Assembly (NCBI GenBank): GCA_976551045.1
Contig: CDPCPM010000060.1
Coordinates: 16,182,001 to 16,246,000, forward strand
Origin: Glaucostegus cemiculus
Lineage: Eukaryota
Direction: 5' to 3'
Length of the DNA stretch: 64,000 nucleotides
In this document: positions 1 to 13,849 of the stretch, in pieces
Layout of the letters: each line of letters opens with the position of its first letter
How positions within the stretch are numbered: the stretch's first letter is position 1
The notes under the pieces: model-generated
Told to the model about the DNA's origin: nothing
What the model saw: only the letters and a program-made list of their open reading frames with translations
Databases searched by the model: none
Made by a program: the position numbers and the translations under genes

Positions 1-1510
1 GTCTGCATTGGAAGCAAAATGCCCACAGCCAGTCTCTACTACAGTGGGTTGATGGAGGAGGAGATGAGGTCTGGTCTAGTGGAGCAAATGGCATCATTGA
101 CCTCCCAAAGCAACAGTGGTAGGCAAACTGTGACATGTGCCACATATCAATGGCGGTGGGCTGGAATGATCCTGAGGCCAGAAAGCTTTACTCTAAGGTG
201 ACCTTAACTTCAACTGTGAGAGCAGTACAGGCTTGTATATGGGCTTGTACTTGATATTTTATAACACCAGAGATATGAGTGAGGACTGCCTTGTGGAAAC
301 ATAGCCTGAATAGACACCGATTCTGTAGGAAGTGTAGGTAAGCACATGAATCCCAATGAAGCCTGAATGAGTAAGGCCTTGATGAATAAGACTATGAATG
401 TCTCCGATAATGAAGTCGCCCTTGGTGTCTGAGAGGTGTCTTTTGTATGTCTATAAAGTCCATGAAGTGGAGTGTCATATCTAGTTAAATGGGCATTGGA
501 AGGCTGTGTTGGTGGCAGGAAGTTACTTGAAGAGGCCAGCAAAGCTTGGTCATTAATGTCAGCAGTGTATAGAATTAGTAAGCAATGGATGCAGCTGCCT
601 GGCCACCAAAGTTGGTTGGTGAGATTAGCCTTTCACTTAGTTTTTTTGAGCATTTAGCATTAATGAAAACTGGTTCTCCTGTGAGTGAGCTGTGACTGTT
701 GATTTTTGGATCAATGGCTGAAAATCAAGCTGAATTTTGGACGTTACACTTTTGTTGACATTTTGGATGATGCCAGAGAAACAGCACTAGTGAGCAAAGA
801 AGTCTTGACAAAAAAAATGTGGACGTTGATTTAGCAACTGCCACTAAAATACCCAGAAATAAGCAATATTGCTCCATTTGCAATGATGTGATTGTTAACA
901 TCACACTGCTGTTCTGCTTTGCACAGAACGTTTCTTGGCTTGAAGATTTATTTAATTGAAGATTTGCAAGTTGATGTTGAAGAGGACAGGTCCAAAACAA
1001 AGTGACTATTAAGTATCGCAATGTCTCTGAAACTGGAAAATTAAGATCTTTATTTATACTTTTTTTAGGAGTGGAGGGATGGGGGAGGAATAGAAATTCC
1101 AGTTATGTGGTCGACTAAAAAGTTTCGTGTCTAATGTTCTGGATTTCATTTTGTGTTATTCACAATCACTTGATCTAAAACTAGAAGATCAATGTTTTTA
1201 TACTCAGGAAATTAACTTCACTGGTCTCCATTTCCCAAAGATTAATTATAGATTGTAAATTATAGCAACTCTCTCGATTCAGATGTTGTGGCCTCAGATT
1301 GTAAACATGCACATGCCATACCATTACTTAATAAAGGAGGGAGGGAGAATGTAAGCAACCACTAACCTTTCAGCTTAACATCAATTATGGGGCATTTCCT
1401 AGAGTCAGAGAATGACACAGAAAAGAAGCAGCAATTTAGCCTGTTGTGTCTGATTTGGTAGGGATACCCAAGATTTCCACTGCTTTTCCTCAAAACACTG
1501 CGTGTTATAC

Positions 1511-1555
1511 AATCATAGAACAGTACAGCACAATACAGGGCCTTTGGCCCACAAT
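1511..1555 (-). mobile_element. Extremely 5'-truncated CR1 LINE 3' tail
   Basis: Reverse complement reads gggccaaaggccctgtattgtgctgtactgttctatgatt, matching the 3' ends of the CR1 copies near 8550, 14870 and 25130. Confidence 0.65.
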
Positions 1556-1689
1556 TCTCCCTATAAAATACATTCTCTCTATAAGAATTTATGTTGGATG
1601 GAAGGAGCACAGGAACAACTCACTTATAGTCATAACATTCTTCAGCATGGTTGAAGACCAATTATAGTCCAAAGGACAACCCTGCTGAG

Positions 1690-3010
1690 AGGCAAGATTG
1701 GAAGTGCAATTATAAAGGACAGTGATACAGTTAGCACCTTCTTCAAAGGATGCTTCAAGCACAAGTCTGTCCTTGATTAGAGCATCCTTGACTCCATTCC
1801 TCAACGAACTACATGGCCCAACTTTGCTGGCTTCCTTGACCGACAAGAAGTTGAAAACTAAAAATATCAAAGCCTTGGGAGCAGTCAGAATCCCTGCTAA
1901 AGAACTAAACCTGAGCATAGAAGAGCTTTAGTCATAAAATTACAACTTCACCTGCCATGTCCAGGAAGAGGAGGATATGTCAGATCTCAGAGATGCCACA
2001 ATTATGACAACCTTCAAGGAAGGAGATAAATCTGATTGTGGTAACTACAGAGCAATCTCCCTGCCATCTGCCACAGTGAATGTTATCATCTGTGTTCTCC
2101 TCATATACCTCTTCTCATTGGCTGAAGAGCTGCTCCCCACATTGCATAGTGGATTCCATTCATCCGGAGGCACAATATCCATGACTTTCACCACACAACA
2201 CTCCAAGAGAAATAAAGGGGGTATCATCAACCATACACGGCCTTTCTTGACTTCACAAAAGGCTTTGGTTGATGCTGTAAATCGAGAGAGATATGGCACA
2301 TCTACTCAAATTTGACTGGCCGCAGAAATTTGTCTCCATCTTTTAGCTGTTTCTTGATGATGAACTATGATCTTAACAACACACTCAAGTTCAGTGGAAA
2401 CTGTTGTCAAGGCTGTGTCATCACCTTATCACTTTTCTCAGTCTTTCTCACTGCAGTGCTTTGACTCACTTCCAACAAGCTTGTCACTGAAGTGGAGGCA
2501 ATCTATATAACAAATAGGAAGCTGATCGACCTATGTTACCTCCACTCCAGAATCAAGGTCATCCCAGCCTGTCACCAAGTTGCCACATGTAAACAATGCT
2601 TTCATATGTGCACATCCAGAGGTATTGCTTCAAGATATTGTGGACTCATTGATTGAAGCATACAGGAGAATGGATGTCCATTTAACATCTGCAAAATAAA
2701 AACTGTCTACCAGCCTGCCCTTGCTGTATAAAACCACAAGTCAACATAATGGTCCATAATGAGACCGTGGAATATGTAGACTGCTTTCCCTGTCCTGCCA
2801 ATCTCTTGTTGGCAAGGGCAGACCTCAATGTTGAAATTCACCATCACTTACAGTGTCTTGGCACAGCCTTTGGATTTCTGCGAAAAATGGTGTTTGAAGA
2901 TCAAGAAGCTCATGGTCTATTGGGCAGCAGTGATCCCTGCCTCCTACATGCTTCTGAAACTTGGACTACCTGCACCAACCACCTCAATGCACTGGATAGG
3001 TACAGGTAAA
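1690..3010 (+). mobile_element. Decayed RTE-clade LINE reverse transcriptase fragment
   Basis: ORF pieces DLRDATIMTTFKEGDKSDCGNYRAISLPS, ETVEYVDCFPC, AFGFLRKMVFED and LLHASETWT resemble RTE/BovB RT; many stops and frameshifts; ends approximate. Confidence 0.75.
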
Positions 3011-4356
3011 CCCTGCATTATGGTAGTTTGAGTTATGGAATTTCACCTTTACAGAATTCACAAATAACTGTCCAAAATTTTAAGATTAGGAATAAAATTC
3101 ACTCTCATGGGATTTAGGTTAAAAAAAGTGAATACATTAACACTAAATTTATTTTTTTCAACTCATCTGATGCAGTTTTTCATTACAGACAATTGTGAAA
3201 TGGCCAGTTTCAGTGCAACTTCCCTCCAACACCCACCCTCCCAACAACCTGTAACATGAGGGTCACCTGTACCACTAACCTCACTTCTCTAAAATCCTCC
3301 AAACCCATTGGAATGAACCAAATTCAATATCTTCCCAGGTCAACTTCTTAGCATTGAGGAATAGATTGCACTTAGTCATCTACACGTGCTTGACTCCAGA
3401 CTCCCAAAACAGGTGCTCTATTCCAAGCACTGTCATGGTTAGGGATTACCAGAAAAGGCCTCAAGGACAAACTGTATCATCCCCACTGAATCTTAGAAAT
3501 CTCTTGTTCATGATCATTCAAAATGGAGAAGGGACAATCATAATGCCATTAAGAACCTTGAGATTACTTGAGGTACAGTAATCCAGTGTTAACAACGGAA
3601 GGACTGCACCATCTCCCAAACCATCCACTAGTATATGCCATCAAAAGTCTTCTGCCTGGATCCTAATTGGTTCAGTCAGTTACCTTAGAACCCACTGAAA
3701 TAGAATGGAAAGAAGTCATGCTCAGTCCTGAAGTCTTGCCCAAGAGGAAGAAGAAAAATAATCGAATTCCCCTTTGTAAGCATCCATAAACATAATTATA
3801 TCACACTTACAGGCACTGCATTCCAAATAACAAATCTACTTATAAAAGGTTTCCTTGTGGCATCTTTGGTTCTTTTGATATTCATCTTAAATTTATGTCC
3901 AATTATTACCACTGTTTTTGCTACTAGAAATAGCTTCTGTTTATTTGGAATACCAATACCAGTTAATAATTTTGAACTTCGATCAAATCAAACTTCTCTA
4001 TTCTGAAGATAACCAATATTTAGACCTGGGGCTATGGCCCACTTCATATGTTTGTACAAATTCATATGTTTGTACTTTTCCAGTCTTTCCCCAGATGCAC
4101 CCTCTCTGTTAGCATTGAACTTAGCTCTACACTCTAGCTAAGGTCTAATCAGTATTGCATAAAGGGTTAGAATAACTCTCTTGCTTTCTTACTCCATATC
4201 TCTATGAATAATATGTTTTCGAAGACATGCTTATCTGATAACTTCTAAGATTTGTGTATATATAATCCTGGGTCTCTTCCCAAACATCCTCAAACATTCT
4301 AAACAAAACATTACTATTTAATTTAAATTGCCTTTGTTATTGTACCCACTAAAACT

Positions 4357-4424
4357 ATCTGCCTGGATGGCATGCAAACAAAGTTTCTCACTGTATCTCG
4401 GTATACGTGACAATAAACCAATAC
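4357..4424 (+). mobile_element. Rex1/Babar LINE 3' tail fragment
   Basis: ggatggcatgcaaacaaagtttctcactgtatctcggtatacgtgacaataaaccaatacc matches the tail of the element at 15408 (reverse strand). Confidence 0.65.
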
Positions 4425-4504
4425 CGGTCTGAAATATTTCATATTTCTCTGTATTAAGTTTCATTGTTCAAACATCTGTCTAATTCACCCAGCTAAGTTC
4501 TGCT

Positions 4505-4603
4505 GAAATGAGAACAGCAAATGCTGGAAACACAAACAGCCAAGCACATTCAGTGCAAAAAGAAACAAAGTTAAGCTTCAGGTCAATGACCTTTCATCAG
4601 AAC
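4505..4603 (-). mobile_element. Penelope-derived 3' module with degenerate minimal hammerhead ribozyme
   Basis: Minus strand GTT-CTGATGA-AAGGTCATTGACCT-GAAGCTT-AAC, followed by the conserved tail tttccagcatttgctgttct. Confidence 0.65.
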
Positions 4604-5829
4604 CTTTTGTCAAATATAATTTGTCTTTAACACTTTCATTTATTAGACTATATATTCTCAAGTGCCAAGTAATGTTGACTTTTATTGCTCTCCTTACGCT
4701 GATGTTAGATTAATTATTCTGCAGTTGCCTGGCTAGTTCCCCTCCCCCATTTTAAACTGATGTGTAGCATTTGCAGTCCTCCAATACTCTGGCACCATCT
4801 CCTTGTCCAAGAAAGGTTGTAAGACTATGACCTGAAATTTTACAATTTCAAGTCTGTGACGCAGCCCATCTTGAACTTGGAAGAATGTCCGCTTATAAAA
4901 TTCTCCCTCGTTTAATCAATTTTGTCCCATTTTATAATCAGCTGCACCTTTATAGTCACATTGTCATCATCAACCTTGCTCGCTAAGGCAGATGCAAAGT
5001 TTGCATTTAGATGTTAGATATAGTTTCTGACCACCTTTTATTTCCAAATTAGTCTGACTCTTCACTGACAGTTTCCTATTTATATCCTGGTAAAATACCT
5101 TTGGGTTTCCTTTTAAGTCGTTTGCTCATGTTTTCTCAAGTAGTCTTATCCCCATCTTTTAGATCTCCTCTGTATTTTCTATATTCAGCTTTCTGGAATT
5201 GGTCAACAGAGTCAAAATAGCTCAACAGTGGTGCAAAACTCAGCTGATCAAAAAGAGTCAACGTGGCTTTGTGAAGTATAGTTGATGTCTAACTAGTCCA
5301 ATTGAAGTATGCTGGAAGGTTGCCAACATAGTGCAAAGGGGAATGTCAATGAACGTTAGAGAATAGGCCACTGGGAAACAAGTGGGGGGAATTGGACTGA
5401 AAAAACTCTGGGAGCTGGCATGGAGTCAATGGGGCAAATGGCTCCTTTCATAAGGAAATCTGAAAATATATGAAAATGTGTTATCTATATTTGCATCAAG
5501 AAGGCATTTATTAATGCTTAGGACAAATTATTGCATATAACAGAATTAAAGGTACAAAGGAGGGATAAAGGAATATTCTCTGCTTGAACATAAAAAGCAG
5601 AATTTGGCAGTCTGCCCTTCAAGCCTGTTCCACCATTCAATGGGATCATGGCTGGATTACATCTTAACATCATCCACTTGCTTTGGCTCCACTTCCTCTT
5701 AGCAACAATCTATTGGTCTCAGATTTAAAATTATTAGCTGAGCTAATATCAACTGCTTCCTGCAAGGTAAGGCAAGGTAAGATTTTGTTCTCCTTTTTCT
5801 TAAGTCCACAAGTTTTACTAAAGGTGCAG

Positions 5830-8570
5830 TAATGGCAGTCTGTGGAGTGGTATATACTTCTCCTGTGAAGTGTGGGTGATCAAGGAGAGTTCAAGTGTCC
5901 CTGATGACTATGTCTGCAGGAAGTGTGTCCAGCTGCAGCTCCTCCCAGACCACATGGATTGCTTGGAGGAGCGACTGGACTTGCTGAGAAGCATACAGGA
6001 GGCAGAGAGTGGCATGGATAGGAATTTCAGGGAGGTAGTTGCACCAAGGTTTCAGTCAGGTGACCACCAGGAGGGGTAGACTGGTAGTTCAGGATCCTCC
6101 TGTGGCTATCCCCCTTTCAAACAAGTCTATTATTTTGTATACTGTTGGTGGTGGGGGGTGGGGGGAATATCCTGTTGGGAGAAAATGACAGCAGCAGCCA
6201 GATCAGTGCTCTACGACTGGTGTGGGGCAAGATAGGGCAAAGTCTAGGCAGACAATAATGATAGGGGACCTTTTAGTCAAGGGGACAGACAGGTGTTTCT
6301 GTGGCCATGAGTGAGACTCCAAAATGGTGGGCTGCCTCCCTGGTGCCAGAGTCAAGGATGTCTTGGAGCGGGCACAGGACATTCTGAAAGGGGAGGATGA
6401 GCAGCCAGAGGTCGTGTTCTGTATTGGTACTAACAACGTAGGCAGGGAGAGAGAGGAGGTCCTGCAAAGAGAATTTAGGGAGTTAGGTAGAAAGTTAAAG
6501 AGCAGGACCTCCAGGGTTGTAATCTCAAGATTACTCTCTGTGCCATGTGCTAGTAAGGCAAGAAATACAGTTATACGCATGGCTAAGGAGCTGGTGCAGG
6601 AGGGAGGGCTTCAGGTATGTGGATCATTGGGTCCTCTTCCAGTGTAGATTGGACCTGTACAGGAAGGATGAGTTGCACCTAAAATGGAGGGGCACCAATA
6701 TCCTTGTAGGGAGGTTTGCAAGTGCTACTCAGGAGGGTTTAACAGTGTGGCGGGGGTGGTGGGACCGGAGTAGTAGATTAGAAAGTGAAGGGATTGAGGG
6801 GAAAGTAGAGGTTAGATCAAGAAAGGCTGAAAGGAAGGACATGCAGGGCCTGCAAGAACATTGTGGGGCTGATGGGCTGAAATGTATTTATTTCAATGCA
6901 AGGAGTATTACAGGTAAGGCAGATACCTAGAGTCTGGATTAGTACATGGAACTATGGCATTATTGCCATTATAGAGACTTGGTTAAGTGAAGGGAAGGAC
7001 TGGCAGCTCAATGTTCCAGGATTCAGATGCTTTAGACACAATAGAGAGGGATGTAAAAGAAATCGGGGTGTTGCACTACTGATTAGGGAAGATATCATAA
7101 TGACACTTGGAAAGGACATCCTGGAGGGCTTATCCAGTGAGGCAATGTGTGTAGAGCTCAGGAATAAGAAACGTGCAATGACTATGATGGGGTTATACTA
7201 TAGGCCTCCCAATGGCCAGAGGGAGATAAAGGAACAGATATGTTGGCAGATTATGGATAGATGTAAAAGCAACAGAGTAGCTGCAGTGGGTGAATTTAAT
7301 TTGTCCAGTATTGACTGGGACTCAAGTAGTGCCAGAGCTTAGATGGGGCAGAATTTATTAGTGATTGAGGTTTTTGAGGAAGTGTTGAAGATGATTGATG
7401 AGGATAAGGCAGTGGATGTTGTATACATGTACTTTGGTAACGCTTCCGACAAGGTCCCTCATGGTAGGTTGATCCAGAAGATTAAGGAAATGAGATCCAA
7501 GGGGATAGTAGATTGGATTCAACATTGGCTTGGCCATCAAAGACAAAGTGTGGAAGCGGAGGAGTGTTATTCTGACTGTTGGTCTGTGACAAGTGGTCCA
7601 TGAGGATCAGTGCTGGGACCTCTGTTATTTGTGGTATATATAAATGATTTGGAGAAAAATGTAACTGGCCTGTTAGTAAGTTTACAGATGACATGAAAAA
7701 TGGTGGCATTGTGGATAGTGAGGAAGGTTGTCAAAGGATTCAGAAGGACACACCAGATAGAAATGTAGGCAGAGAAATGGCAGATGGAGTTTAATCCAGA
7801 CAAATGTGATGTGTTGCAGTTTGGGAGGTGAAATGTTTAAGAAAAGAATACAGTAAATGGCAGGAGCCTTAGGAGCATTGAAGTATAGATGGATCTTGGG
7901 ATGCAAGTCCGTAGCTCCCTGTAAGTGGGTACGATGGTAAAGAAGGCCTATGGCATACTTGCCTCCATTGGTCAGGGCGTTGAGTATAAAAGTAGAGAAG
8001 TCATGTTATAGCTGTATAAAACTTTACTTAGGCTATATTTGTAGTCTTGTGTGCAGTTCTGCTTGCTGCATTATAGTAAAAATGTCAAGTCTTTGGAGAG
8101 GGTGCAGAAGAGGTTCATGAGGATGTTGCCTGGATTAGAGAGTGTTAGCTATGAGGGGAGGTTGGACAGACTTGGATTGTTTTCTCTGGAGCATCCGAGG
8201 CTGAGGGGCGACCTGATAGAAGTACATATAATTATGTAGATAGGGTAGGTAGTCAGAGCCTTTATCCCAAGGTAGAATGTTAACTATGAGAGGGCATAGC
8301 TTTATGGTGAGAGGGGAAAAGTTTAAAGGAGATTTATAAGGCAAGTTTTTTGCATAGAGAGTGGTAGGTGCCTGGTGTTCATTGCCAGGAGTAGTGGTAG
8401 AAGCAGATACAATCATAACATTTAAGAGGTAATTGGACAGGCACACAAACAGGCAGTGAATAGAAGGTTCCAGATCTTGTTCAGGTCGATGGGAGTTGTC
8501 AGATTGGCATGGTCAACATGACATCATGGGCCGAAGGACATGTTCCTGTGCTGTACTGTTCAATGTTCGA
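5830..8570 (+). mobile_element. CR1 LINE, decayed and internally deleted: ORF1 zinc-finger/SGNH esterase, ORF2 endonuclease N-terminus, RT C-terminus, 3' tail
   Basis: DDYVCRKCVQLQLL (ORF1); GCLPGARVKDV...IGTNNVG (esterase); CIYFNARSI, IIETWL, GLYYRPP (APE endonuclease); DKAVDVVYMYF..DKVPHGRL (RT); tail ctgtgctgtactgttcaatgttc; EN-to-RT jump near 7360. Confidence 0.9.
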
Positions 8571-8779
8571 TGGAAGAGTTCCAATGTCTACTATTTTTGC
8601 ATGAACCTTTCTACTAAATGTTCTTGTTGTGATTTTAAAGGCTATCTCCCCTTATCCTATACTCTACCACCAGAGCCTCTTTCTTTATATTTAAAGCTTT
8701 TCAAAATTTGGAAACCTAAAACAAACTATTCAATCTTCAGTACTCTAAGATATACAAGTTTGTTTTATCTCATCACTTT

Positions 8780-9250
8780 CTGTAATTTATGCTTTGGACC
8801 ACGGGTAGCATTCTGAATAATTTGCCATGCATTGTTTCCATGGTCAACGTATACTTAATAAAGTGTGGTGTCAAAAACTGAACACTGTAGTCCAGATATG
8901 GTCTAACCAGACCTTGTATAACTGCAGAAAATCCTCTCCTCCTTCACATTACTAATAAAGCTTAACATTCCATGAGAGTTTTAAAATATTATTTTTGTTA
9001 TTTACATTTTAGTGATCTGTTACACAACCCCCTACATCTCATTAATTCTCCACTGTTACTCATATTTCACCTTGCAAGTAATACACAGTTTTATTCCTTT
9101 TGGTCCAAAATCAATTCCTTGCACTTCTTGTATAGAAATCTGCTCCTCAGTTTCACGTACTCCTGTAGTCTTTCAGTATCACTCTGTACCACTATGCTAC
9201 TGTCTACATTACTTACTGACCACTGACCTTTGTATCATCAAGAGAGTTGG
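8780..9250 (-). mobile_element. Old CR1 LINE RT fragment
   Basis: Reverse complement shows ttatacaaggtctggttagaccatatctggactacagtgttcagtttttgacacc (the LYK.LVRPHL.Y.VQFW motif), heavily decayed. Confidence 0.6.
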
Positions 9251-10151
9251 ATATCTAGCCTTCTACTGTGCTATCTAATTTATTGGAAAATATGGTGAAT
9301 ATTTAGCCAAGACATCACTTTTAGGGCAACACTCATCACTTCTTTCCAAGTTGAATCCATACCCATTCTCCTTATTCTGTCTTCTATGGCCTAACCAACT
9401 GCATAAATTATTTGTCTTTAATTCCATCATTAATTTTAGTTTGGTGAGATTTGAAAAGTGGTGTTCCTCCAGGATCGGTAATGGACTTCATCTTTTTACC
9501 ATGTGTATTCTTAATTTGGATGAAGAAATAAAAAGTTGTTTATCTAAGTTTGCAGAAAACACTAAGGTAGAATTCACAATACATTGCATAAAGGGGGAAA
9601 ATTTACAAAGGGAAATATGACCGATGTAGTCAATGTACTTTGTGAAAGCAAACACACTGATCACCAATTAGAATGTCAGAAAAATTAAGTTTTAGCATTT
9701 ATGTTTGATTGATTTCATGCATCTTTAATTTACCATAAGAACTTTGGGTCTATAATTGACATCTTATATAAAAACAGAAAATTTAGTGGAAAAGCTGTTC
9801 TGTTTTTACTGAACCGCAACTCATCCATGGCCTGAAATACTGAAAAGAAAATTATGTTGAATTTAATGTGGTAGGTATTCCATCGAATGCAACTTTTTGG
9901 GCATTTGTAATCCTTTTGTGAAAATGGTGATGTGAATGAAATAGATTTCAATTTGTAAAGTACAGCAGGAACAATGATGATCAAAGGTCAAATGGATACT
10001 GAATTTGATCTTCAGTAACATAATATTTATACATGCTCATGATGTGATAGTGGATATATTTCAAAAATACTATGATCAAAAAGTAAGATATCATCAAAGA
10101 TATCATTAAGAACAATTAAACAATTGAAGCACAGTCCTGTAATTTTTAAGT

Positions 10152-10884
10152 GTTAAAGGAAAACCGCCAGGTTGGATCGGCGGTAAGGAAAGCGAATGCT
10201 ATGTTGGCATTTATTTCGAGGGGTATAGTATATAAAAGCAAGGAAGTGTTGATGAGGCTATATGGGGCACTGGTGAGGCCTCACTTGGAGTACTGTGTGC
10301 AGTTTTGGGCCCCATACCTTAGGAAGGATGTGCTGATGTTGGAGAGGGTTCAGAGGAGATTTACTAGGATGATTCCTGGGATGAAAAAGTTTACATATGA
10401 CGAGCGACTGTCGTCACTTGGACTGTACTCGTTGGAGTACAGAAGAATGAGAGGGGACCTAATAGAAACGTACAAGATGTTGAAAGGAATGGACCAAGTG
10501 AATGTGGTCAAGCTGTTTCCCTTGGTGGGGGAATCCAGGACTAGAGGACACAAACTTAGAATTAGAAGAAGCAGGTTCATAACAGAGATAAGGAGGAATT
10601 TCTTTAGCCAGAGGGTGGTGAACCTGTGGAACTCCTTACCACAGAGAGCAGTGGAAGCCAGATCATTGGGGATATTCAAGAAGGAAATAGATAGATATCT
10701 AATTGGTCAAGGTATCAGGGGATATGGAGATAAGGCAGGGATTTGGACTTAGAATAGTAGGTTGTTTTTTTTTTTATTTTTCTCCCCCCCCCCCCCCCCC
10801 CCACCTTCCCTTCCCTTTGGAGCAGACTCGATGGGCCGACTGGCCTGCTTCTGCTCCATTATCTTGTGATCTTGTGATCTTGTG
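10152..10884 (+). mobile_element. Young 5'-truncated CR1 LINE with intact ORF2 C-terminus (10150-10752) and 3' UTR
   Basis: Uninterrupted frame with LYGALVRPHLEYCVQFWAPYLRKD, RRMRGDLIETYK, FFSQRVVNLWNSLP; CpGs retained; ends in (TCTTGTGA)n. Confidence 0.92.
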
Positions 10885-11609
10885 AAAATACATTTGCTCT
10901 TGTAACTGATACAAATAAAACTTGCTTGTGTGTATACCTGGTATATAAAATCCAGCAAATATTTGAATTTAAATATAATGCCAAGATGAAATAGAGTACA
11001 TTAAGAATGTTATTTTTCTGTATTATGGTTTGAAGCTTGAAGCTATGGATTTGAAATTTCACTCGAAGGGGACCTTAACAAAACAAAGGCAGTGAACAGA
11101 GTGAGAAATGCCTAAGAAGCAATACAAAAAGATGATTCATTGCATTAATATATTCCAGGACAATCATTGCACATTTTAAAGCTTGCCCAAGAAGATTTTA
11201 AAACTGGATTTAAATGCTGCAGTGTACGTTATTTTCAAACAATGTTCGTTTTTTAGTAAGGAATGAAGACAGTCTTAAATAACTAGTCAGAAAATATTTC
11301 CTCTCTCTCCAAAGCACAGCTCCCAAATTCTGGAACTCATCAAATTAAGTGCCATAAAACAACTGGGGAAAAAGATTCCAAATCCTCTCAAAAAAGATGC
11401 GTCTCAATTTAATACACTGTCCCTATCCTAAATGTCTGCATCCAACATCGCTGGTCAATTGTTTTCAAATTTGAATTTCTTTTATTCTTTTCTTTATTTT
11501 TCTCCAGATTATGTACCCAGGCCCATTACTAATATCACTGCAAACAATTAAATATTGTCAGGGTATAAATAACAAAGTTTGGAATTGAAATGAGTCAGCA
11601 GCTACTTCT

Positions 11610-11715
11610 CTTCTGATGAAAGGCTATTAACCTGAAATATTAACTCTGGTTCTCTTTCCACTGATGCTGCTTGAAGTGCTAAGTATTTCTAGTATTTTCT
11701 GTTTCTACTTCAAAT
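11610..11715 (+). mobile_element. Penelope-derived module with minimal hammerhead motif
   Basis: TT-CTGATGA-AAGGCTATTAACCT-GAAA-TATTAAC, followed by tctctttccactgatgctgcttg...attttctgtttc tail. Confidence 0.65.
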
Positions 11716-11903
11716 GTTGTACGCCTTTGTTTTTAGCCTTATTGATATCACAAATCTTCTCTCGGTTGAGCTTTCTCTCAAGAACTTTGACCTGCAGACC
11801 TTTTCATGGTTTGATTTGAAAGTGCAGCTGTAGAATGTTGCACCTGGTCCTCATTAAGGGCAAGAAATACAGAAATATAAAATGATATTCTTTGGCCTAT
11901 GTT
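11655..11903 (+). repeat. Copy 1 of ~245-bp local direct duplication
   Basis: Aligns by eye with 12759-12997 with only scattered substitutions. Confidence 0.9.
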
Positions 11904-12758
11904 TTTAAAACTAGGAATCCCCATTGTACTATTAAATGGATAAGCCAGGTATTTATGACCTACAAAGTATTAGTTTATCATATACTTTTTGTTTAAATTG
12001 GTGACTTCTGGAATTTATTCTCAATAAATGTTCTTTGCAAAAAATGTCATCAAGGCACATGTTGATTAGGAAACCTGCTTATTAGATGGTAGATGTTTTG
12101 CTGTTTGTGTTGACTCAGTTTTAGATACATGATTTTATCAAAGCATTGAACTTTTTTTTGAAGCTCAGCCTTCAAATTTGACCATTAGGCATTTCACAAG
12201 ATCCCTGAAGATGAATAAATATGATATCATTCATATATAATTGACCTAGTGAAATGTCTTTGTCTTGGTAAGGGCTGTTTACCCTTTGCTGTCATGATTT
12301 TCAGGCAGTTTTGCTCCCAGTCCCACCTGATGCAGAACTGACACCCAATTACATTCTTGCAGAACATACAAAGAGAAGAAAAAGTAACAATGAAAGATTG
12401 AGCAATAGGATCCCTCACTCACACAAATATTATCCGCAAACTGGAAAGTTGAATTGGTTGTATGTTTATGCTATCCATCATTTTCTGAATACTTGACTTA
12501 GGCCTTTTGAATATGTAAAATAATCTTCTTTATGTATTACTTTCCCCTTCTCGCTCTTACTATCATGTTCAAGTATCTCTCCCTTATGATAACTGAATAT
12601 TCATCTTAAAGCAGTTACATTGTACTGAAGATAAACCTAATTTTTTCTTGTCTTCATTTTTCTGCAAACAGGTCATATGGTTGTTTAAACTGTATATGTT
12701 GAAAATGTTAGTTGACTAACTCAAACAGAAATCTTTTCAGTTGTTCTCCTTTATCTGT

Positions 12759-12997
12759 TGCTGCTTGAACTGCTAAGTATTTCCAGTATTTTCTATTTCT
12801 ACTTCAAATGTTGTACGTCTTTGTTTTTAGCCTTAATGATACCACAAATCTTCTCTCAGTTGAGCTTTCTCTCAAGAACTTTGACCTGCAGACCTGTTCA
12901 TGGTTTGGTTTGAAAGTGCAGCTGTAGAATGTTGCACCTGGCCCTCATTAAGGACAAGAAATACAGAAATATAAAATGATATTCATTGGCCTATATT
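12759..12997 (+). repeat. Copy 2 of ~245-bp local direct duplication
   Basis: Shares e.g. ttgagctttctctcaagaactttgacctgcagacc and caagaaatacagaaatataaaatgatattc with 11655-11903. Confidence 0.9.
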
Positions 12998-13849
12998 TAG
13001 CACTTGATAATATTAATTAACAATGAAACATTACGAATTTATAGGGAACACAAAATGTGAATAAGTACCAATTAAAAACTTTCTTTTTTTCAAAATGAAA
13101 ATAGTGTTAATTATTGGCATTTCTGAAAGAAATTTGATCGTCACTAAGATGATATTTTTGCAATTTCAACCTGGCAAAGTGAAATAATTCCTTGCAAAGC
13201 TCCAGTAATTATAAATCAATCCATTTTCTTGGTCAACATTTTTGGAGTCATTCTTAATGCTCTTGAAGTCAAAGTCAAGCAAATCAGTGAGCTGTCAATT
13301 TAAAATCAGTTATGCACATTTTTTCTTATAACTTTTAGCTTTACTAATGAGTGACTGGGTGCTTTAAAAGCATTATTTTTACTTATATGTTTGGTCAAAG
13401 GTTTTCATTGTGTTCGGTATTGTAAAGACATTGATTTTTTGTAAGATTGAAATAGTATTAAAAAAATAATTAAAAAAACCAAGTTGTATGTCATTGAATG
13501 AGATCTCAGAAAAATTAATCAAGAGTATATCATGTGATTTTTACAAATATAACCAGAGATAACATTTAGTAAAATTTCCAGCACTGGGTTAATCAGCAGA
13601 ATGCATTAACCAGCTCTAAATTTGCAGAAATCTAAAATGTGAAAGCAAATGGCACCTAAAATATTCTTCTTTGAACCAGTCTATGAAGTGATCCAATTAC
13701 CACGTCTAACAGAACTAACATCTAAAAAAAATTTGTAAAAGCTGGTGCTTTTCTGAGATGAATAAAATGGACCAAACACTGGAAGTTTAAGATTAATCGC
13801 AGGAAACTTTGAAAGTACTGGAAGTAATCTGTTGGTCAGGAGTCACTTG

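Noticed and set aside
4042-4075. Short tandem duplication ttcatatgtttgtac
   Set aside because: Ordinary slippage or repair duplication with no further structure.
7335-7365. CR1 at 22415 begins near the position where the 5830 CR1 deletion starts (ggggcagaattt), suggesting two halves of one element
   Set aside because: Both elements have their own RT C-terminus and 3' tail, so they are independent copies; the coincidence is unexplained but weak.
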